From: an uncultured bacterium
GTDB lineage: Bacteria > Gemmatimonadota > Gemmatimonadetes > Gemmatimonadales > Gemmatimonadaceae
Reading direction: 5' to 3'
NCBI GenBank assembly: GCA_963978095.1
Contig: CAXBQP010000002.1
Coordinates: 81,733 to 145,732 of the forward strand
DNA length: 64,000 nt
The position numbers and the translations under genes were made by a program. The notes beneath the pieces are model-generated. The model ran no database searches. It saw only the letters and a list, made by a program, of their open reading frames with translations, and had not been told where the DNA came from. This document shows, piece after piece, positions 58,090 to 64,000 of the stretch (its first letter is position 1; each line of letters begins with the position of its first letter).

Positions 58090-60042
58090 TCAGAAGCTGT
58101 AGGGGTCGTCCGGCGGACTGCTCTTGAGCGGCGCGACGCGTGGCCGAGATTCGGCGGACTTCGGCGCCACGCGCCGCTTCAGCTGGGACCGAAAGTAGCC
58201 CTTCACGTCCTCCGGCTTCGCCATCAGCGTCCGGTTGCGCGCACGGATCACCTCGTCCTCCTCGGCGAGCGCGATGCTCTCCTTGACCCAGTCGAGCGTC
58301 ACCGAGGGATCGAGCAGGCGCAACGCCCGCGTCACCGCACTCTCCAGCGTTTGCTCGGGCGCTTGCGGGAATCGCTCCACTCCTTCGCGTCCCGAGAGCA
58401 CGGCCGGACGCGGGAAGCGCACGAACACCGGCTGGGTGAAGTGCGGATGGCGCACCATCAGCTGTCCCTTCTCGAGGGTGCTCAGCTTGGTACGGGTGGC
58501 GGGCGTGAGCGTGGCGTAGCCCGGCGTGGCGAGCTCATCGGGGTCCATGCGGCCGAAGAGCGCCGTGCCGGAGTTGCCGACCACGCGGCGGTGCACCTGC
58601 GAGCGGAACTGCTGCGCGGCGAAGAGCACGAGTCCGAGATAGCGTCCCCGCTCGGCGATATCGAGCAGCATCGCGCGCACATAGGTGTCCGGACCGTCGC
58701 TCGGCGCGTACTTGTTGAGTTCGTCGACGAACACCACCACGTGCTCCACGCCGAGCGTGCGCGACTCCAGTCGCTCACGCAACTGCGAGACGATGCGCGC
58801 GAAGATGAGGTCCTGTGCGTCCTCTTCGAGGTTCGCGACGTCAACGACGTACACCGCCCGATCCTCGAAGGCCCCGAACGGGAGATCACTCACCGAGCCG
58901 TCGTCGGTCACGAGTCCGCGGCAGCGCGTCGAGATGTTGGTGAGTCGATTGCGCACCTTGCGGATCGTGGCCACGTGGTGGGTGCGCCACGACTCCTGGT
59001 TCTTCGACTCCATCATCTGAAGGAGGTCGCGGAACCACGCTTCGAGCTCGCCGAACGACTGCACGGTGTGCGGCTCGCTCAGCATGGTGTCGCTGAACGG
59101 CTGGTCGACCACGCGCTCCTTGATGAAATCGATGAGCGCATCGGCCTTCGCGTCGATGTCATCCTTGTTGAGCAGGACCTCCGCGAACTGCAACACTTCG
59201 CGCAGCCCCCACGTGAGCGGGTGCACGTTGTGCGCGAGCGCTTCGTTCGACCGCAGCGTGTTGAGTGCGTAGCCGCGCGCCGTATACGGCGCGTAGTACT
59301 TCACGTTCCGGAACGGCTCGGCCGGGACGCCGAGCGTGTCGTAGAGCGCGCGATCGGAGTCGTCGAGCCGGGAGGCGGGCTGATCGAGGAAGCAGAGGTC
59401 CGGCCCCTTCACGTTGAAGCAGACGGCGGCAACCTTCCCCTTCTTCTCGGGGAAATGCGCGAAGATCGAGGCGAGCAGCCATTCGACCGCGCTGGTCTTG
59501 GTTGCCAATCCCGAGACGCCGCTGATGTTCAGGTGGGCAGCTTCGGGGCCGAGCAGGAAATCGGCGTCGAGGTGCACCGGCGACGACGTCGCTCCGGCGC
59601 GGTACAGTCCGACCGGGATGGCGGTGCGGTTCTCCCCGGAGGCATAGCCGTCCATGCGAAGTGCGGCGGCCACGTCGTGGTCGTCGGCGAGATGCACCGT
59701 GCCTGAGCCCACGGGCTGGAGCGGCTCCTCGGGCACGTGACGCAACACGGCGGCGGTGTAGAGCCGGATCTCCGTGCGGCGCGTCGGGGCCTGGTGCGCG
59801 GTGCCCGGCTGTCCGTCGTGCCCGAGCACATCGTGAAGCGGCGTCTCGAGGTCGGTGTAACCGAACCCTTCCGTGACCACGCCGAACGCGACCGGGAGCG
59901 CACCGTTCACCGGGGTCGCACCCTCCACGCGCACGATCGTCCCGATCCCGACCGGCGAGTCGAGCGCGGTCCAGAAGTGGAACTCGTGCGGCGTGTTGGG
60001 ACGTCGCTCGGTGGCGACGACGCGGCCCAGAACGGTAGTCAT
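58090..60042 (-). CDS. herA: HerA-family ATPase/DNA translocase
   Basis: N-terminal HAS-barrel-like region; AHLNISGVSGLATKTS (HerA Walker A variant), FNVKG, VFVDELNKYAP, ERGRYLG..LFAAQQ. Confidence 0.88.
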   Translation of the reverse strand: MTTVLGRVVATERRPNTPHEFHFWTALDSPVGIGTIVRVEGATPVNGALPVAFGVVTEGFGYTDLETPLHDVLGHDGQPGTAHQAPTRRTEIRLYTAAVLRHVPEEPLQPVGSGTVHLADDHDVAAALRMDGYASGENRTAIPVGLYRAGATSSPVHLDADFLLGPEAAHLNISGVSGLATKTSAVEWLLASIFAHFPEKKGKVAAVCFNVKGPDLCFLDQPASRLDDSDRALYDTLGVPAEPFRNVKYYAPYTARGYALNTLRSNEALAHNVHPLTWGLREVLQFAEVLLNKDDIDAKADALIDFIKERVVDQPFSDTMLSEPHTVQSFGELEAWFRDLLQMMESKNQESWRTHHVATIRKVRNRLTNISTRCRGLVTDDGSVSDLPFGAFEDRAVYVVDVANLEEDAQDLIFARIVSQLRERLESRTLGVEHVVVFVDELNKYAPSDGPDTYVRAMLLDIAERGRYLGLVLFAAQQFRSQVHRRVVGNSGTALFGRMDPDELATPGYATLTPATRTKLSTLEKGQLMVRHPHFTQPVFVRFPRPAVLSGREGVERFPQAPEQTLESAVTRALRLLDPSVTLDWVKESIALAEEDEVIRARNRTLMAKPEDVKGYFRSQLKRRVAPKSAESRPRVAPLKSSPPDDPYSF

Positions 60043-60055
60043 CCCTGAAAATACG

Positions 60056-61069
60056 CTACGGCGCGATGGCGCGCAGATAGCGCTCGCAGTCGGCAATCCC
60101 GTACGCCATCGCATGCCAGCGGTGGTCGGGGAGGGCCAGTGGGGTACGCTCGGCCAGCACCCAGCGCGACACCAAGTCCGCACGCTCGGCACGGAACCCC
60201 TCGCGCGCGATCTCGATGCGGACCAGCCCGAACATCGGGTCGGTGGCCTCGCGCAGGCGCAGGTACCAACTGGCCACGGCGGTCCGGCGCGGCGAACGGA
60301 TCTCGAACGCCGTCGTCCGCTCGCCGACGCGCAGGCGCGTCACCACGCCGATTCCCTCGCCCGCCGCATACAGCGTCCGATGCGACTTCACCACACCGAC
60401 CGCGCGCGGACTCCGCGCCGCATCCCCCGCGCCGGAGATCCCTCCGTCAACATAGATCGCCCCACCGCCCGTGGCGCACCACCGTTCCGCAAGCGCGGTC
60501 TCGAGGCGCTCCCGTTCGCGTTGCACCGCCGTGCGTGCGAGGGCCAGCAACAACTGCGGATGCTGGGCCTCGGCGGCATCGCCACCATCGAGCGTGTCGT
60601 GCACCGGGATCCCGGCGGCATCGAACGTCGCGAGTTGTCCGGTCGGGGTGACGGCGCGCGGGAGATAGACGCGCGTCGAGAGTTCGGGCGCGCCGTTCCA
60701 GGTGTGCAGGGTGCGATCGCGCCGCTCGCGGACCACCGCCGCCACGGTGCCGAAGATCACGGGCACCCCGCCCGGGAGATACTGCAGCACACGCGTCGAC
60801 TGGATGCCATCGAGGAACGCGGCGATTCCCACGAGCGGGGTCGGATCGAGCGCCCGCACGGCGAGCGTCTCCCCTTCGATCGGCACGGCGGCCTCAGTGC
60901 GCGGCGGCTCCATCTCGAGCGCCAATCGCTCCAGCGACGGCGCTCCCGCTGTCTCGAGCCGCCATCCCCCTGCCGGCGCCCCGGGCGCCGCGCGAAGCGC
61001 GCGCAACACATCGGACACCCCGACGGTCGCCGCGCGACTGGCGCGTCCGTCGTCGGGCGCGGCGATCAT
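60056..61069 (-). CDS. nurA: NurA-family nuclease (RNase H-like fold)
   Basis: AFLDGIQ, RERLE, YVDGG, GVVKSH, SWYLRL, late E.YL; directly upstream of herA. Confidence 0.75.
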   Translation of the reverse strand: MIAAPDDGRASRAATVGVSDVLRALRAAPGAPAGGWRLETAGAPSLERLALEMEPPRTEAAVPIEGETLAVRALDPTPLVGIAAFLDGIQSTRVLQYLPGGVPVIFGTVAAVVRERRDRTLHTWNGAPELSTRVYLPRAVTPTGQLATFDAAGIPVHDTLDGGDAAEAQHPQLLLALARTAVQRERERLETALAERWCATGGGAIYVDGGISGAGDAARSPRAVGVVKSHRTLYAAGEGIGVVTRLRVGERTTAFEIRSPRRTAVASWYLRLREATDPMFGLVRIEIAREGFRAERADLVSRWVLAERTPLALPDHRWHAMAYGIADCERYLRAIAP

Positions 61070-61347
61070 CACTCGATCCCGATGTCCCACGCCTGCTCGA
61101 GATCCGCCTTGGAATAGGCGCGGAACGCCGTCAGCGTCGTGGTGCGCTGGATCCCCGGGACCTCCGGGAACTGCTCGGTGACGATACGCGCGATATCCTC
61201 ATACGCCGGCACCTTGACGATCACCACGAGGTCCCACTCACCGGACACTGAATACACTTCCGCCACACCGTCGATTCCCGCGAGCGCATGGGCACACGTC
61301 GGAATCAGGCGCGGCTCGGCCTTCACCAGCACGATGGTCGTTATCAT
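61069..61347 (-). CDS. Stand-alone Lrp/AsnC ligand-binding (RAM) domain protein
   Basis: 92 aa; GVAEVYSVSGEWDLV, GIQRTTT; no HTH; TGATG overlap with nurA. Confidence 0.88.
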   Translation of the reverse strand: MITTIVLVKAEPRLIPTCAHALAGIDGVAEVYSVSGEWDLVVIVKVPAYEDIARIVTEQFPEVPGIQRTTTLTAFRAYSKADLEQAWDIGIE

Positions 61348-61442
61348 GTCGCGTCAGGGACTGGAGGGAGCTGCAGGAACCACGGACCTGCGGGGAACAC
61401 ATCGAGCGTCTTCCCTGAACCGCGTGCAGTCTGTCAACGGCA

Positions 61443-62657
61443 TCAACGGTCCCCGGCGAGGACCGCGCGGTACGTCTTCACCAGCAGATGCATCGCGCGC
61501 TCCACCTCCGACTGATCCGCCGCGTAGGAGACGCGTACCCATTCCGGGGTGCGGAACGCCGACCCCGGGACGATGGCCAGCCCCGCGTCGTCCAGGAGCC
61601 GCGCACAGAATGCGTCGCCGTCGCGGCTGCCGCCCGGTGCCGCCGGCGCGCGCAGGAACAGATAGAACGCCCCTTGCGGATCCAGCACCTCGATCCGCGG
61701 CTCCTGGCCGAGGATTGCCAGCGCGGCATCCCGACGTTGGCGGAATGCGGCGACCATCGCATGCACTGCGACATCGGCCTCGTCGACCCGCGCGAGCGCC
61801 GCCAGCGCCGCATGCTGCGACACCGTGGCGGCGTTCGACGTCGTGTGGGATTGGAACGCCGTCATCGCCTTGGCGACCGGCGCCGACGACACGCTCCACC
61901 CGATCCGCCATCCGGTCATGGCATAGGCCTTCGCCACGCCGTTGATCACGACGAGTCGATCGCGAGCCGACGCCACATCCAGCGCCGACGCCGCTGGCCG
62001 CTCGTAGGCGATACGCTGATAGATCTCGTCGCTGATCACGAACCACCCGCGGCGCTGCGCCAAGTCCAGAATGGCGCGAAGCTCGTCGGGCGCGTACACC
62101 GAGCCCGTCGGATTCGAGGGGGAGTTCAGCATGATCCCCGTGGTCCGCGTCGTGGCCTGCGCCTCCAGCATCGACGGCGACACCTTGAACCCGTTCGACG
62201 GATCCCCGAGCACGGCGACCGGCGTGGCCCGTGCCAACTCGACCATCTCGTAGTAGCTCGTCCAGGCCGGTGTGGGCACCAGCACCTCGTCACCGGGACC
62301 GAACAGGCAGACGCAGGCGTTGTAGAGCGACTGCTTGGAGCCCGTGGACACCACAACGTCCGTGGCCGCCACCCGATCGGCGCCGACATAGCGCGCATTC
62401 GCCTGGTCGGCGATGACCTGCCGCAGCGGCAGGATTCCGTCGACGGCGGTGTACCGCGTGGCCCCCTGCTCCACGGCCAGCGCGGCCGCACTCCGAATGA
62501 AGGCTGGCGTATCGAAATCCGGCTCACCGGCCCCGAGATCGATGATGGTGCGGCCCGCGGCCTTGAGCGCCTTCGCCTTTTGCGAGACCGCAATGGTGGC
62601 CGACTCGCGCAATAGCGCGATGTTCGCGGACGGGACGAAGCGGAGGTCGGACGACAT
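61443..62657 (-). CDS. PLP-dependent class I/II (aspartate) aminotransferase
   Basis: ATG 62657; GAGEPDFDTP, NSPSNPTG, SDEIY, KAYAMTGWRIG. Confidence 0.95.
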   Translation of the reverse strand: MSSDLRFVPSANIALLRESATIAVSQKAKALKAAGRTIIDLGAGEPDFDTPAFIRSAAALAVEQGATRYTAVDGILPLRQVIADQANARYVGADRVAATDVVVSTGSKQSLYNACVCLFGPGDEVLVPTPAWTSYYEMVELARATPVAVLGDPSNGFKVSPSMLEAQATTRTTGIMLNSPSNPTGSVYAPDELRAILDLAQRRGWFVISDEIYQRIAYERPAASALDVASARDRLVVINGVAKAYAMTGWRIGWSVSSAPVAKAMTAFQSHTTSNAATVSQHAALAALARVDEADVAVHAMVAAFRQRRDAALAILGQEPRIEVLDPQGAFYLFLRAPAAPGGSRDGDAFCARLLDDAGLAIVPGSAFRTPEWVRVSYAADQSEVERAMHLLVKTYRAVLAGDR

Positions 62658-62774
62658 TCGAAAGGTCAGCGTGGGGGACAGTACGCAAGTGGCGATCCCA
62701 CTCGCTAGATTTACCGGCTGAAGGTGAAGGATATCCCTGCGGCGCATGCCGCGCCATTGACATCTGAGGTAGCA

Positions 62775-64000
62775 GTGACTGAGCAAGAACGCGAGACGGC
62801 CGGAGCCGTCCGTAGCACCAATGTGGCCCATTTTCTCGCCCCCGACTGGACTCAGGCGGCTCAGCGCGCCGCGGGCGCCCTGGAACGCATCGACCGTGAG
62901 CGCCCCATGGTGCAGCTCCTGGTCGTGGTCCCCGATGACGAAGCCGCCGACAGCGTCTCCCGTGAGCTCCGCCTGCTCTCCGCCGCCCACGGCGTCGCCG
63001 TGGTACCGGTCACCAGTTCGGCGCGGGCGGGTCGCATGCTCAAGGCGGGCCCGGCACATGTCCTCGTGGGCCGCGCCCGCGCCCTGGCCGACCTGCTCCC
63101 GGATTCGACGCTCAAGCTCGGCGATGTCGCCGCTGTGATCCTTGTGGCCGCCGACGAACTCGAGTCCGACGCCGACGCGCTGTCGACCCTCATGGCGGAG
63201 CTCCCCAAGAAGGGCGCGCGCATGCTGCTCGCGGCCGACGCGACGCCGTTCGTGGAAAGCCTGCTCGAGCGCTATCTGCACCGGGCCCGTCGCATGGCCG
63301 ATGCCACGCCGGAACCGCTCCCCCTCCCGGAAGGAACGCCGCCGACCATCTCGGTGATCACCACCCAGGCGGGCAAGCCGCTGGCCCCGATGGCCGCGGT
63401 GCTGGACGACATCGACCCCCCGTCGCTCGCGATCGTCGTCGGCGACGCACGCGAGGAAGGGCGTGCCCGCGCGGCGCTCGAGGCGCTCGGATATCCGGCC
63501 GACTCGTCGCTCGTGACCGTCACCCGTGGCGCGGTGACCCTCCACACGGCCCTGGTGATCTTCGCGGGACTCCCCGACGCCGCACAGTTGCGCGCGGCCT
63601 TCGGTGCGCATCCGGCACGCATGGTCGCGCTCGTCACGACCCGCCAGCGGAGGACGCTGGCGGCCCGTGCGGTGGGCGCGAAGATCGTGCCGTACGACCG
63701 CATGCGCTCGGCACGCGCGGCCCGTGCCCGAGAGGACGCCACGCGCGCGGCCTTGCAGCAGGTCCTGGACCGCGGCCTCTCCGTGCGCGAAGTGCTGGCG
63801 TTGGAGCCGATGCTGGCCGAGCACGACGGCCTCGCGATCGCCGCGGCCGCGCTCCGGTTGTATGAAGAAGCACGCGAAGCGACCGCCGCCGCGCACGCGG
63901 CAGGGCGCGAGGAGTTGCGACTCGAGATCAAGGCCCGCGCCGACGCCGCGGCCGAGCGGGCCGAGCGCCCGAAGGACGGTGGCGCGCCCCGCAAGCCGTT
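62775..64000 (+). CDS. Degenerate DEAD-box helicase-like protein (3' end outside the window)
   Basis: GAGG SD plus GTG 62775; manually translated frame is open to the window end: QLLVVVP, HVLVGRARALADLL, LKLGDVAAVILVAADEL, ELPKKGARMLLAA; not in the ORF track. Confidence 0.7.
   Translation, partial: MTEQERETAGAVRSTNVAHFLAPDWTQAAQRAAGALERIDRERPMVQLLVVVPDDEAADSVSRELRLLSAAHGVAVVPVTSSARAGRMLKAGPAHVLVGRARALADLLPDSTLKLGDVAAVILVAADELESDADALSTLMAELPKKGARMLLAADATPFVESLLERYLHRARRMADATPEPLPLPEGTPPTISVITTQAGKPLAPMAAVLDDIDPPSLAIVVGDAREEGRARAALEALGYPADSSLVTVTRGAVTLHTALVIFAGLPDAAQLRAAFGAHPARMVALVTTRQRRTLAARAVGAKIVPYDRMRSARAARAREDATRAALQQVLDRGLSVREVLALEPMLAEHDGLAIAAAALRLYEEAREATAAAHAAGREELRLEIKARADAAAERAERPKDGGAPRKP

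Noticed and set aside
54432..61069. Known HerA/SMC anti-phage systems (Sir2-HerA, DUF4297-HerA, Wadjet, Lamassu)
   Set aside because: No Sir2, JetD or effector gene; the partners are NurA- and Mre11-like and the context is core-genome
61443..63896. 817-aa extended aminotransferase ORF
   Set aside because: The N-terminal half is the antisense of the plus-strand gene at 62775; homology starts at ATG 62657

Overview
High-GC bacterial chromosomal window made up mostly of core genes. Protein sequences and gene order look like Gemmatimonadota (inference, no search run). Left to right: rpoC(partial)-rpoB-rplL-rplJ-rplA-rplK-nusG-secE-rpmG and tRNA-Thr/Gly/Tyr (minus strand); a four-gene type IV minor-pilin cassette lying between tRNA-Tyr and tRNA-Thr(UGU); cysS, an AI-2E permease, pspA and a YbjN-like gene; sdaAA/sdaAB, uvrA; a TPR/transglutaminase/ABC/GNAT unit; a degenerate CcmF-like gene, glpK, mtnA; ECH-recF-dciA-gyrB; a pyrimidine nucleoside phosphorylase, ligA, V4R, PRTase, TPR-ParA-lipoprotein and an acyl-CoA ligase; a PTPS-folE-SDR pterin operon; a rhomboid; a probable 6S RNA with promoter and terminator; an Lrp-NurA-HerA-Mre11/SbcD-Rad50/SbcC-GNAT operon; an aminotransferase; and a partial degenerate DEAD-box-like gene. 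The most notable items are the archaeal-style four-component DNA end-resection operon with coupled Lrp and GNAT genes, a candidate tetrahydrobiopterin-type operon, a recurring leaderless-promoter pattern, and two apparent pseudo-enzymes. No CRISPR array, integrase or transposase was seen. All calls rest on motif recognition by eye.
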